Positions 26,385 to 39,771 of a DNA stretch of 64,000 nt are shown here, piece by piece. The translations under genes were made by a program, and so were the position numbers. Source of the stretch: Eledone cirrhosa (lineage: Eukaryota); the NCBI GenBank assembly GCA_964016885.1, contig OZ024762.1:11842001-11906000 (forward strand), read 5' to 3'. The notes beneath the pieces are model-generated. The model was not told the origin of the DNA. It was given only the letters and a program-made list of their open reading frames with translations, and did no database searches. Every line of letters starts with the position of its first letter. The first letter of the stretch is position 1.

Positions 26385-26649
26385 TTAATAACCTAGCATT
26401 GGTGCTACAAAAATGCACTGGGGATTCTATGTTGTAAATCATGTGAAACCCCTAGGCAATGTCTGTTCATTAGAAATATGGTAAGGACAGAGTTAAGTCT
26501 GTGAAAGCCAGGAGTGGTCTTTACCATTTAAAATGTCACAACAAAATACTACACTGAACTCTGCCCTGTCCTACACAACAGGAACCTGCTCAGATTTCCA
26601 AAAGGAAACAAATTAGATGGAATATCACTGCATGGTTCTTTCCGCCCAT

Positions 26650-28265
26650 GGTGCTGGTGGTGGTAGTAGTGGTTGTTGGGGTGGTAGTGGTAGTGGTAGT
26701 AGTGGTTGTTGGGGTGGTGGTGGTAGTAGTGGTTGTTGGGGTGGTAGTGGTAGTAGTGGTTGTTGGGGTGGTGGTGGTGGTAGTAGTGGTTGTTGGGGTG
26801 GTAGTGGTAGTAGTGGTTGTTGGGGTGGTGGTGGTAGTAGTGGTTGTTGTTGGGGTGGTGGTGGTGGTAGTAGTGGTTGTTGGGGTGGTGGTGGTAGTAG
26901 CGGTTGTTGAGGTGGTGGTGGTAGTAGTGGTGGTTGTTGGGGTGGTGGTGGTGGTAGTGGTGGTTGTTGGGGTGGTGGTGGTGGTAGTAGTGGTTGTTGG
27001 GGTGGTGGTGGTAGTAGCGGTTGTTGAGGTGGTGGTGGTGGTAGAAGTAGTGGTTGTTGGGGTGGTGGTGGTAGTAGTGGTGGTTGTTGGGGTGGTGGTG
27101 GTGGTAGTAGTGGTTGTTGGGGTGGTGGTGGTAGTAGCGGTTGTTGAGGTGGTGGTGGTGGTAGAAGTAGTGGCTGTTGAGGTGGTGGTGGTAGTAGTGG
27201 TTGTTGAGGTGGTGGTGGTAGTAGTGGCTGTTGAGGTGGTGGTGGTAGTAGTGGTTGTTGAGGTGGTGGTGGTAGTAGTGGTTGTTGGGGTGGTGGTGGT
27301 AGTAGCGGTTGTTGAGGTGGTGGTGGTAGTAGTGGTTGTTGAGGTGGTGGTGGTAGTAGTGGTTGTTGGGGTGGTGGTGGTGGTAGTGGTTGTTGGGGTG
27401 GTGGTGGTGGTAGTGGTTGTTGGGGTGGTGGTGGTAGTAGCGGTTGTTGAGGTGGTGGTGGTGGTAGAAGTAGTGGCTGTTGAGGTGGTGGTGGTAGTAG
27501 TGGTTGTTGAGGTGGTGGTGGTAGTAGTGGCTGTTGAGGTGGTGGTGGTAGTAGTGGTTGTTGGGGTGGTGGTGGTGGTAGTGGTTGTTGGGGTGGTGGT
27601 GGTGGTAGTGGTTGTTGGGGTGGTGGTGGTAGTAGCGGTTGTTGAGGTGGTGGTGGTGGTAGAAGTAGTGGCTGTTGAGGTGGTGGTGGTAGTAGTGGTT
27701 GTTGAGGTGGTGGTGGTAGTAGTGGCTGTTGAGGTGGTGGTGGTAGTAGTGGTTGTTGAGGTGGTGGTGGTAGTAGTGGTTGTTGGGGTGGTGGTGGTAG
27801 TAGCGGTTGTTGAGGTGGTGGTGGTAGTAGTGGTTGTTGGGGTGGTGGTGGTAGTAGCGGTTGTTGAGGTGGCGGTGGTGGTAGAAGTAGTGGCTGTTGA
27901 GGTGGTGGTGGTAGTAGTGGTTGTTGGGGTGGTGGTGGTAGTAGTGGTTGTTGGGGTGGTAGTGGTGGTAGTATTGGTTGTTGGGGTGGTGGTGGTGGTA
28001 GTAGTGGCTGTTGTGGTGATGGTAGTAGTGGTTGTTGGGGTGGTGGTGGTGGTAGTAGTGGCTGTTGTGGTGGTGGTAGTAGTGGTTGTTGGGGTGGTGG
28101 TGGTAGTGGTGGTAGTAGTGGTTGTTGGGGTGGTGGTGGTAGTGGTGGTAGTAGTGGTTGTTTGGGTGGTGGTGGTTGTTAGGGGCGGTGGTGCTGGTTG
28201 AGATGATAGTGGTGATGATTAGGGTAGTGGGGTTGGTTGTTGGGGTGGTGGTGGTAGTGGTGGTG
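26650..28265. repeat. (GGT/AGT/TGT)n complex repeat with a ~27-30-bp period
   Basis: Source of the His-rich and Val-rich ORFs. Confidence 0.9.
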
Positions 28266-28370
28266 ATTCTCACTGCTGTATGTGTGTATGGGGAAGTATA
28301 TCTAGATGATATAATATATATTGTTATACTTTGGGAGCATCATGCTGCCATTATATATATATATATATAT

Positions 28371-28565
28371 GGCGTGGGTGAATTGGCAGAATCGGTAGAA
28401 CGTCGGACAACATGCTTGGCGGCATAGAGTTACGGCTCTTTACGTTCTGAATTCAAATCTTGCTGAGGTTAGCTTTGCCTTGTGCCAATAGTAGAAACAA
28501 TTATTATAAGTACCAGTAATGCACTGGATAATTGCTGGTCTTGTGCCAAAAGTAGAAACAATTAT
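28371..28565 (+). mobile_element. SINE family B
   Basis: GAATTGGCAGAATCGGTAG...GAATTCAAATC...GTACCAGTAATGCACTGG. Confidence 0.75.
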
Positions 28566-30207
28566 TAATAATAATAATACCCTAATTAGTACTTCTACCA
28601 TACTACTGCTAATTAACAAGTTTTAATTGATATGACTGATTTTCTTTTCCCCTGCTAATTACCATCCTCATGTGCTGACGTAAATTCAAAATGTCAACCA
28701 ACTCTCCCCCACCAGCCTTCTATCCTCTCCCATCAACCAACTCCCCCTCTCAGCCTCCTATCAGCCCCACCTCATCAACCAGCTCCCCCCCCCCATCAAC
28801 TCCCACCTTACCTTTTATTTTCTTTCTCAGATCCTTCCATCCGACAACATCAAGTCTTTGGAATTCCTCATTCCTCTCACACACACTCTCCACACATAGA
28901 TTCCAATCACAAACACATGCACACACACACACACACTCTCTCTCACACACACACACACTGTTTTTCTTATAGATATTGATTTAGACAGAATCTTCCAACA
29001 AAAGGTCGGGGAGGATTCTTCAGATGTCTCAATGACATGACCTCTCTAGGTGTTGGTGACACAATAAAACACACACCCAGTACACACTATAAAGTAGTTG
29101 GTGATAGGAAGGGCATCCAGCCAAATAAAAGGTGCGGGAGGACACTCAAGTTGTGTCAATGACACAACAACCTCTCTTGGAGTTGGTGATATAAAACACA
29201 CACCCAGTACACACTGTAAAGTAGTTGGTGATATGAAGGGCATCCAGCTGTAGAAAACTTGCCAAACAAAGGGTCGGGAGGACTCTTCAGTTATGACAAA
29301 AACATGACAACCTCCATAGTGCCGGTGATAAAATAAAATACACCAGGTGTACTCTGTAGAGTGCAGGAACATATATAAGTGAGGTACATGAAGTACTTGG
29401 CCAATCTGAACAGACAGTGACTGATTATAAATTGATGTTGTTTGAGAGAACCTGTCTAACCCTGCTGGGAAAACAGACGTTAAATGAAAGAGGTCTCAGC
29501 AGAGGTGATTGGCATGGAATGGACAACAGATTTTTTGGGGCCCTTTTTCTATAATCAGATGTCTTTCCTGTTCTGTCCCCAGCCATTACTTTATTATTTG
29601 ACATGATAAAAAAACACCCAGTCTGCCCTGTAAGGTGGTTGTACTGATCACATGACAAAAAGTGGCCAGTCCACACTGTAAGATGGTTGCGTTGGTGATA
29701 CAACAAAACACCCCCAGTCCACACTGTAAGGTGGTTGTTCGGGTGACATCTACCAAATTCTCTCACAAGGCAACAGGGAGTTGGTATAAGGATATAATAG
29801 AAGACACTTGCTAGTGGTGGTGGTGGTGGTAGTGGTGGTGGTGACAATAGTAGTAGTGGTATTAGTAGTAGTACTACTACTACTAGCAGCAGCAGAAACC
29901 CCACCACCACCACCACCACCACACTACCACCACCACCACACCACCACCACTTTGTATTAAACTTATTCAACTGAAGAAGAAAAAAACAAAACAAAACAAA
30001 AACACAAACAAAGACTTGTACAAATCTAAACAAAAACAAGTTGATATGGAGATTAGCCAAAGTGGAAGTTTCTAGCACGTCCCCTACCTATACCCTGAGC
30101 CTACCCCACCCCCAGACACACTGTGTCCTTTTGGTAAATCTAAAATCTGGAAGGTCACAGGCCACATGCGGTGACATGTTCTCCAGTTCCAACTTTGTAG
30201 CTTTGTC

Positions 30208-30545
30208 CACACAATCCCTGGGTACCTGTAACCCCTAATGTCAAGGAGAGGAAGTTATCCAAATACTAGGACTTATCAGCGACTGAAAACACACAATCCC
30301 TGGATATTGGCACCCCTAATGTCGACGAGAGGAGTTATCTAAATACCAGGAATTAACAGCAACCAACCACACACAATCCCTGGCTATTTTGTACCTGTAC
30401 CCCTAATGTCGAAGAGAGGAGTTATTTAAATACCAGGACTTAACAGTGACCAACCACACACAATCCCTGGCTATTTTGTACCTGTACCCCTAATGTCGAA
30501 GAGAGGAGTTATTTAAATACCAGGACTTAACAGCGACCAACCAAC
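30208..30545. repeat. 80-87-bp tandem repeat (4 copies)
   Basis: CACACAATCCCTGG...CCCCTAATGTCGAAGAGAGGAGTTAT..AAATACCAGGACTTAACAG; CAATCCC at 30212, 30294, 30374, 30461. Confidence 0.85.
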
Positions 30546-30612
30546 TGCTTCCTTTAACTGGCTGGTCACCATCAAAACCTTCAGAATCCTCCTCGGTCAC
30601 AACTCATATATA

Positions 30613-31014
30613 TCATCATCATCATCATCATCGTTTTACGTCCGTTCTTCCACGCTAGCATGGGTTAGACAGGTTGTCCTGTTGTGGGCAGTGTCCAGTC
30701 GGCTGACCATGCTTTGCTCATACGTGAACTGATTCTGGCTTCATTTCTACAGCTGGATATAAACGTGGAAGAACGGCAAAGCATAAATGAATTGAGAGAG
30801 AGGCTGAGCATAAGAGGAATCAAATGGTGTGTGCAGGAGAGGCGGTTGCGTTGGTATGGACATGTGATGCGTATGAAGGATGACAGCTGCATAAAAAGGT
30901 GCAGAGCACTAGAAGTCAATGGAAACCGCGGAGTGGGGAGACCCAAGAAGACTTGGGATGAGGTAATAAAAGCCGACCTTACCCAATTACACCTCTCAAA
31001 GGCGATGACACACG
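30613..31014. mobile_element. RTE LINE fragment with a 5' inversion
   Basis: 30613-30758 is the reverse complement of the tail at ~42982-43128; 30759-31014 is a sense copy of ORF 42513-42764. Confidence 0.8.
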
Positions 31015-31088
31015 TCCCATGGACTGAGTACTCTACCACTACGGATATTACCTTCTAGTGTTCTACCACTATATATATATATATATAT

Positions 31089-31430
31089 GGAGGCACATGG
31101 CTTAGTGGTTAGAGCATTGGCCTTGCAATCGAAAGGTTGTGAGTTCAATTCTCAGACTGGGTGATGTGTTGTTTCCTTGAGCAAGACACTTTATTTCACA
31201 TTGCTCCAGTTTACTCAGCTGTAGAAATGAGATGATAGGGACTGGGGTCCTTATCATTCCACTGCAAAGTGGTCGTGGAGGTGCCACGGCAAAAAAGCAC
31301 CCAGCACTCACTGTAAATGAGGTTGGTGTTAGGAAGGGCATCCAGCTGTAGAAATCAAGCCAGAATCAGTTCCCGTCCCACCCTTGCAAGCAGGGAATAG
31401 CGGACGTAAAATGAAATGAAATGAAATGAA
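31089..31430 (+). mobile_element. tRNA-derived SINE (family A), full length
   Basis: A box TGGCTTAGTGG, B box GAGTTCAATTC, central CCTTGAGCAAGACACT domain, RTE-like GGAAGGGCATCCAGCTGTAG module, tail (TGAAA)n. Confidence 0.9.
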
Positions 31431-31826
31431 ATATATATATATATATATATTAATACTATTTATAGTTATGTATATACTATAAACAACTATAAACAGGAAA
31501 GGTCAGTAATTTCTACTACCTTGTTACCAGTAAGAGAAATAACTCAATGTAAGAACATCAGTTGTTTTACAGAGCAGGAAAATAAATAAATATATATATA
31601 TATATGTGTGAAGGCGCGTGGCTGAGTGGTAAGAGAATTGAGGTCTCAATCGTGAGGTTGTGAGTTCGATTCCTGGACTGGGCGATGGGTTATGTCCTTG
31701 GGCAAGACACTTTATTTCACGTTGCTCCTTCTACCTGGAGTTGCAACCGATAGATAGTATTAGCAATTGGAAAGACCAATGGAAACATTGTTTCCTCGGT
31801 CCGATTTGATGAAAGTCAATCGACTG

Positions 31827-31896
<70 letters not shown>

Positions 31897-31965
31897 CATA
31901 AAATATATATATATATATATATATACGATATTAATAAATGGAAACTATATTTATAAAACCATATT

Positions 31966-32030
31966 TATTTCATTATACATATTTCAGGGATACCAAATTA
32001 AATTATGGTATGCCTTCATCAGACAAAATA
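31966..32030 (-). ncRNA. minimal type I hammerhead ribozyme (family H1)
   Basis: Minus strand: TATTTTGT-CTGATGA-AGGCATACCA(taatttaatt)TGGTATCCCT-GAAA-TATGTA-TA-ATGAAATA. Confidence 0.85.
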
Positions 32031-32314
32031 CAATATATAACAGTTTTACAAATAAGCTTTGACGTACCCTTTTAAAATGCAAATAAAAATATTTACTTGT
32101 TGTATCACAACAATTTTAAATAGAACTTTTGCATATATATATATATATATATATATATTTCGTTTCTGAATTTGTTTAGCAAGATTCTTTATCTGAAATC
32201 GTGTGTTGAAATCGATATTGTTATACTTTGGGAGGGTCATGTTGCCAATAAGAAACACACGCACCAGTTGCTTTCACTTCAATTTAATTTATTATATATA
32301 TATTGTATATATAT

Positions 32315-32353
<39 letters not shown>

Positions 32354-32369
32354 TGTATATGATGTAATC

Positions 32370-32572
32370 CAAGGGAAAGTCAAAAGCCGATACAGCTTGG
32401 CACCGGTGACATCACTACTCATTTCTACAGCTGAATGAACTGGACTGGAGTATAACATGAAATAAAGTATCTTGCTCAAGGACACAACACATCGTCTAGT
32501 CCAGGAACTGAACTCTAAAACCTCACAACTGTGAACCCAACTCTCTAAGGTCTAAGCCTCACACATCTTCAC
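32370..32572 (-). mobile_element. tRNA-derived SINE, related subfamily
   Basis: CTCATTTCTACAGCTGA...AAATAAAGTATCTTGCTCAAGGACACAACAC; similar copies at 56760-56925 (-) and 31609-31730 (+). Confidence 0.7.
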
Positions 32573-33638
32573 ACTAGCAACTACCAACATATTTATAAAT
32601 CTCACTTCCTTCCCTTCCCCCACCCCCTGCCACACCTCAGACACAATGTGTGGCCTTTTGTGAACCAGTCAGCTGTAACTAACATCCTGCCATTGTCCAG
32701 TTACAACAACACCACCACCATAGCTATGATGCTACTACTGCTACCATATGACCATGTAGCTGGTGATATGGTGATGGGATTCCAGTACAGACAATAGGAA
32801 TAATAGCAGATGTTGTTGTTCTTGCTGCTGTGGTTGTTGTGGCAGACTAACACTTGAAAAGCATGTGTTTATATTATGTGTGTGTGTGTTTAGATGGATG
32901 TATGTGTGTGTGTGTGTGTGTATGGATGTGTGTGTGTGTGTGTGTGTGGATGAAAGGATGGATGTGTGTATGGATGGAAGGATGTATGTGTGTGTGTGTA
33001 TGTATGGATGGAAGGATGTATGTGTGTGTGTGGATAGAAGGATGTATGTGTATGGATGGACAGATGTGTGTGTGTGTATGGATGGATGGGTGGACAGATG
33101 TATGTGTATGTATGATTCTGGCTTGTTATCTACAGCTGGATGCCCTTTCTAACACCAAACTCATTTACAGTGAGTGCTGGGTGCTTTTTTCCCGTGGTGC
33201 CTACACGTCCACTTTACAGTGTGGGCTGGGTGCTTTATATATATATATATATAGTAAGGTGCAATATTGGTTGTGTAAAATGGTCCAATAACTTTATGTT
33301 AGCAATATTAAGTTCTCCACGCTTTTGTATATCTCCAATTCCATTCGAGGGAACAGCTAGATGATGTAAAACGGAGTATAAGTATCAAAATGAAAATCCG
33401 AAGGCAAGGTAAAATTCCAATCATTTAATCACGACACATGTTTCAATAAGAGATAGATCGATTGTGAAGCCACGATCGATTATCACTGATCTGATTGCCT
33501 TCGGATTTTCATTTTGATATATATATATATATATATATGTATATACTGAAGTAAAAGTAAAGTGGAAATATCGAAGAGTAAGAGTACTCAGTCTATAGGA
33601 CGAGTTTAGGGTCATCTTTGTTTTTTATTTTTCTCATG

Positions 33639-33688
33639 ACAGGCTGAAGGATTTGGGCCCCACAACCCAACGAAACTTGAGTACCTGT
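33639..33688 (+). ncRNA. variant type I hammerhead
   Basis: ACAGG-CTGAAGGA-T-TTGGG(ccccacaa)CCCAA-C-GAAA-CTTGAG-TA-CCTGT; perfect stem I, GUA triplet, one extra base in the core. Confidence 0.6.
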
Positions 33689-33795
33689 TTATGTCACTGT
33701 TGTAATAATATATATATCTATATATACATATGTTAGCAAAGGAAAAAAAGAGTGCTCTATGTATAGAACAGAGCTATTTAATTAGAATATGTTAT

Positions 33796-33863
33796 CTCTG
33801 TCTGATGAACGATCCAGACATATATTAATATTGTCTGGGATCCAGAAACCCTTGGTAATGGAG
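33796..33863 (+). ncRNA. type I hammerhead ribozyme
   Basis: CTCTGT-CTGATGA-ac-GATCCAGACA(loop)TGTCTGGGATC-ca-GAAA-CC(ctt)GG-TA-ATGGAG; GUA triplet, base of stem II mismatched. Confidence 0.7.
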
Positions 33864-34655
33864 TAGTTATATATTGTGTTGTTCACTTTCTAATGAAATA
33901 TATGTATATATATATATATGTGTGTATATATATATATTAACACGGTAAAAAGCTCGCAGGCCACACTAAATGTGGTTGGTGTTAGGAAGGGCATCCAGCT
34001 ATAGAAAACCAGCCAGATAGTCCTATACGAACGAGGTACGGTCACCCGACCAATCTTGCCTCAAGTGGGACAATTCCCATGCTAGCGTAGAAGATAGACG
34101 TTAAACGATGATGATGATTCTATTTTCCCCCCACCCTGCAAGCATTAGTGGGAGAAAATTGGCCTTGTTTTCACAGCTGTTGGCCCTTCATAGCACTCAA
34201 CCATGAAGACAGTAGAAGACAGAGTGGGAACTAGAGCAAACAGTTGTGCATGACAGGAAGATTAGTGTATGTAAGTAGTGTAAGCTAGCTTGGAACTTGG
34301 GGGGGACTATGTGGGTCAGAGGTCACTACTTTTAACCTCTCATTTCATTATTATGTGTGTGTTTGTGTGTATATATACACACACACACATACATACATAT
34401 ATATATATACATATATATATATACATACATATATATATATACATACATATATATATATACATACATATATATATATATACATACATATATATATATATAC
34501 ATACATATATATATATATACATACATATATATATACATACATATATATATACATACATATATATATATACATACATATATATATATACATACATATATAT
34601 ATACATACATATATACATACATATATATATACATACATACATATATACATACATA

Positions 34656-34760
<105 letters not shown>

Positions 34761-34906
34761 ACATACATATATATATACATACATATATATATACATATAT
34801 ATATATATACACATATATATATACACATATATATATACATATATATATATACACATATATATATACATATATATATATACACATATATATACACATATAT
34901 ATACAC

Positions 34907-34953
<47 letters not shown>

Positions 34954-34974
34954 TATACATATATATATATATAC

Positions 34975-35009
<35 letters not shown>

Positions 35010-35106
35010 CACACACATATATATATATATATATACACATATATATATATATATATATACACATATATATATATACACATATATATATATACACATATAT
35101 ATATAT

Positions 35107-35149
<43 letters not shown>

Positions 35150-35175
35150 TATATATATATAAATCAGGATAAAAC

Positions 35176-35252
<77 letters not shown>

Positions 35253-35360
35253 ATGAAAAATGAACGGGAACAAAACAGAGAGGCAGTACAAACAAATGTT
35301 TATTAATTTCACGCTCTTGAGAATGGGGTGGTGGTTATACATATATATATATATGTGTGT

Positions 35361-35540
35361 GTAGAAGGAAGATGCTGTAGAAGACCACGAAAAACATGGG
35401 CGGAGGTGGTGAGAGCAGACCTCAGATCGCTGAAGCTCAAAGAGGAGATGACGAAGGACCGTGACAAGTGGAGAGATGCTGTGTTGAATAGGACCCGTCC
35501 CACCCTTGCAAGCAGGGAAAAGTGGACGTAAAATGATGAA
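35361..35540 (+). mobile_element. RTE LINE extreme 3' end
   Basis: [46 protein letters not shown] followed by an ATG-repeat tail. Confidence 0.85.
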
Positions 35541-35556
35541 TATATATATATATAAT

Positions 35557-35907
35557 GGAGGCACATGGCTTAGTGGTTAGAGCATTGGCCTTGCAATCGA
35601 AAGGTTGTGAGTTCAATTCTCAGACTGGGTGATGTGTTGTTTCCTTGAGCAAGACACTTTATTTCATGTTTCTCCAGTTTACTCAGCTGTAGAAATGAGA
35701 TGATAGGGACTGGGGTCGCTATCATTCCACTGCAAATGGTCGTGGAGGTGCCACGGCAAAAAAGCACCCAGCACTCACTGTAAATGAGGTTGGTGTTAGG
35801 AAGGGCATCCAGCTGTAGAAATCAAGCCAGAATCAGTTCCCGTCCCACCCTTGCAAGCAGGGAATAGCGGACGTAAAATGAAATGATCATGATCATGATC
35901 ATGATGA
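35557..35907 (+). mobile_element. tRNA-derived SINE (family A), full length
   Basis: Near-identical to 31089-31430. Confidence 0.9.
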
Positions 35908-36235
35908 TAAATTTTGTGAAGAAACAGGGGCTGTGTGGTTGCTGGATAAGGTGTATTTATAAATAAGAAGGATGCACAAACGGGATATTTCCCTTCATCA
36001 GTTGTCTGCTGGAGATCACAGACATTTCTACATGTATGTTGCATCCCAGATGAGGAACTTAACCACTGTGGAACACACAGGGATTGTGGTGCCATCTAGT
36101 CTTCTGCCCTCCTCTCAGTCCAAACCCACAAGCTTGAACAACGAAAGTAAACTGGCAACATCCAAGCCATGCTTAATGATCTCGGGAGAACCAGCGGCAT
36201 TCAAACCATGTTTAACGATGTGTATTTAATTAGCA

Positions 36236-36400
36236 TAGGCAGCTAATTGGCAGAGTTGTTAGAACATCGGATAGAATGGTTTATGGTATTTGTTCCGGCT
36301 GTCTGAGTTCAAATCCCACCGAGGTCAACTTTGCCTTTCATCCTTTCGAGGTCGAAAAAAAAAAAAGTACCAGTTTAGTACTGGGGTCGATTCTTCCTCT
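36236..36400 (+). mobile_element. SINE family B
   Basis: GAGTTCAAATCCCACCGAGGTCAACTTTGCCTTTCATCCTTTCGAGGTCG. Confidence 0.8.
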
Positions 36401-36427
36401 ATATCTCTTTCTTATCTCTCTATCTCT

Positions 36428-36472
<45 letters not shown>

Positions 36473-36487
36473 TAAATATATATATAT

Positions 36488-36878
36488 GAGAAATGAGGCA
36501 AGCATGCTCCGTTGGATGTGCAGTGTAAATGTGCGTGAACGACCCAGCATAAATGTGTTGAGAGAGAAACTGTGTCTGAGAGGGATAGAATGTAGTGTAC
36601 GGGAGAGGAGACTGAGGTGGTATGGACATGTGATGCGCATGGAGGATGACCGATGGGCGAAGAAGTGCCAGGAAACGCCAGTTGAAGGAAGACGTGGTAG
36701 ACCACGAAAGACATGGGCGGAGGTGGTGAGAGCAGACCTCAGATCATTGAAGCTCACGGTGGAGATGACGAAGGACGGTGACGAGAGGGGAGATGCTGTG
36801 CTGAATAGGACCCGTCCCACCCTTGCAAGCAGGGAAAAGCGGACATAAAATGATGATGATGATGAATGATGATGATGA
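36488..36878 (+). mobile_element. 5'-truncated RTE LINE
   Basis: RNEASMLRWMC...RRLRWYGHVMRM...GRPRKTW...; (TGA)n tail. Confidence 0.9.
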
Positions 36879-36949
36879 TATGTACCAGCCTAGTACTGAG
36901 GTGGGTTCTTCCTCTATATCTCTTTCTCATTTATTCTTGCTCTATCTCT

Positions 36950-36990
<41 letters not shown>

Positions 36991-37979
36991 ACCAGTCTAG
37001 TACTGGGGTCAATTCTTCCTCTATATCTCTCTCTGGAAGAAATCATCTGTACTCAGGCCTGGAGAAGGATGGGCTCCATCTGGCTTTAAATGTCCAAGAA
37101 ACGCCTTATGTCAATACAGCACACCTACAACTCTATCAGGAGTTACGGGACCATACCATACCTTTAACCAAGCCATATCCAGCAAGAATTTTCTCACCTT
37201 TTCCGGTTCAAACCAGCTATAACTGGCCACTCATACTGATGTTAAGGTATTGTTCTAAAAATAAATAACATCAAAATCTCATAGATTCGATATTATGTGA
37301 GATACATCTGTTACCATGAAAATATAATAACATAGAATAATGTAACTGCTAAAGGGTTACCTGCCCAAGAAACACTGTATGTCAACATGGTGCCCCTATT
37401 ACTTCCCCAGGAGTTACGGTACCATACCAGTTAATTAGCACTGATTACTAGAATGCAAGAGTAGTTTGGAATGGAACCTACATTTGACCATAGGCCTGAG
37501 CCTACTACCAGCTTCAGCACTAGCCAGATTGTAAATAATCCGAGCCTACTCCCAGCTTCAGCACTAGCCAGATTGTAAATAATCCTGGATTAACAAAGAA
37601 AGTCTTGTACATAAAACTGAATGAATTGAAGAAGTAAACAAACAGGACACTATGGCTTGTTGTAGTGTTTTGAAACCCTAGTATTGTTAACTTCATCACA
37701 CCTTCCACCTTCTTCCGCTTCACAACAAACAGCCTACTGTTGTCAGGCACTGACATTCAGCTAGCCCCTACACCAGTGATTCTTAACTCTTTTGATATCA
37801 AACATCCTGAAACAGCCCCTCATTCTAGGATACAAAACTGTTTGTTTTAAAGTGTTTATATTTATCTAAAAACAATCTTTAATCATAATTTTATGTAAGA
37901 ACCTTTGTTAATTTGTTATATTCACTCAAAATTCTTGATTATTTTCAAAAGATTTTGAAACTCATAACCAAAGCGTTAA

Positions 37980-38137
37980 TCCTTTAGCATTTTCATTACT
38001 CTATATATACTATTGTATTTTCGTGGTAAAGGCTTTGCCTCACATAATTATCTCATAACATCAGTTTGAACAGCTGGTTACAGCCAGTTTGAACAGAAAG
38101 ATGTGAGAGAATTCTGGCCGGTTTGAACATTAAAGGG
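37980..38137. mobile_element. piggyBac-like MITE (family A), deleted copy
   Basis: TTAA-TCCTTTAGCATT...TAAAGGG-TTAA; further copies at ~37161-37356 and 38545-38833. Confidence 0.75.
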
Positions 38138-38143
38138 TTAAAG

Positions 38144-38413
38144 CAGTGGTCATCAACCGGTAGTCCAAGAGAAAATTGTGGTGGTCCGCAGAAAAATTTG
38201 GACAACTATTTGCTTTAAACATTTAGTTATAATTACATAACCATTTATAATTTTGTTATATCAAATAGGTGCATTTCATATTAATAAAATTGAAGTTCTC
38301 TGATCATTATTTTACAAATGTATTTATCTTTTTTAAAAAATTCGTGTGTGGTACACAGGATTTAAAATTAGGAATTTAGTGGTCCATGACATCCGAAAGG
38401 TTGGCGACCACTG
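38144..38413. mobile_element. hAT-like MITE
   Basis: TIRs CAGTGGTCATCAACC / GGTTGGCGACCACTG; perfect 8-bp TSD GGTTAAAG (38136-38143 and 38414-38421). Confidence 0.85.
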
Positions 38414-39520
38414 GGTTAAAGTGTTTATATTCATGTAAAAACATCTTCAATCATAATTTTATGTAAGAACCTTTGTTAATTTTTGTTCTCCAAATTCTTG
38501 ATTATTTTCAAAATAATTTTGTAACTCATAGGAAATGGGCTAAACCTTTAGCATTTACATTACTCTATATATACTATTATATTTTTGTGGTAAAGGCTTT
38601 ACTTCACATAATTATTTCACATAACATTTACATTACTCTATATATACTATTGTATTTTTGTGGTAAAGGCTTTACCTCACATAATTATTTCACATAATAT
38701 CGAATCTACGAGATTTTGATGTTATCTTGAAAACAGTACCTTAACATCAGTATGAGTGGGCAGTTACGGACGGTTTGAACAGAAAGAGGGGAGAGAATTC
38801 TGGCTGGATACACGCAGTTTAAATGCTAAAGGGTTAAAGTGTTTATATTCATCTAAAAACTTTCCCTCATAACTTGATGGAAGAATCTTTATACTTTCCA
38901 ATCAACTTAACGATGAGAAAGTCAGTTACACTATTAAATCTCTCTAAAGTTCTTCATTATTTTCAAAATAATTTCGAAAATTCTACGCAACATCTTTCAT
39001 TAGAAATATGGTTAAAGAAATGGTGAATATAAAGTAGATTGTGTAGATATAGGTGTGTGTGTGTGAGACTATCTGTATGTGTGTATAACTGAACACAAAC
39101 ATAAACCAGACTCCAGCCAACGAAGGAGCCTCTAACATGGATGCTCGACCTGCTAAAAACAGCAGCTAAATCTCCTTCAGATCACACTCAACAGTCTTAA
39201 AGAAAGATCAATAATACATTAAACAACACTGTAGTACTAGTTATAGTTATAGACAAGATGGTCGTGACTGGAGGGACTAAATAAACAACAGCACCATATT
39301 GGCTGCTTCAAAAAAACCTACTTTTCTTTGTTTCCATGATCCCTTTACTCTTTTGTATGTGTGTATAGTGTATATATGTGTATATAGTGTATGTGTGTAT
39401 AGTGTATATATGTGTATATAGTGTATGTGTAGTGTATATAGTTTATGTGTATATGTATGTCTGTATGCGTGTATAGTATATATATGTGTGTATAGTCTGT
39501 ATATATACATATATATATAG

Positions 39521-39552
<32 letters not shown>

Positions 39553-39610
39553 CTGTATATATATATATATATGCGTGTGTGATGTGTGTGTGTATAAAAC
39601 TATATATATA

Positions 39611-39691
<81 letters not shown>

Positions 39692-39738
39692 CTATATATA
39701 TATATGCAAGCAGGGAAGAGCGGACGTATGATGATGAT

Positions 39739-39771
<33 letters not shown>

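Noticed and set aside
26549-28273. 574-aa His/Asn/Tyr-rich ORF resembling a His-rich structural protein
   Set aside because: It is a translation of a (GGT/AGT/TGT)n repeat with an open antisense frame, a non-ATG start and no signal peptide. Expression data would be needed to revive it.
31089-31170. tRNA gene
   Set aside because: A and B boxes are present, but I see no acceptor stem or terminator and it runs into a SINE body; the same holds for the other SINE heads.
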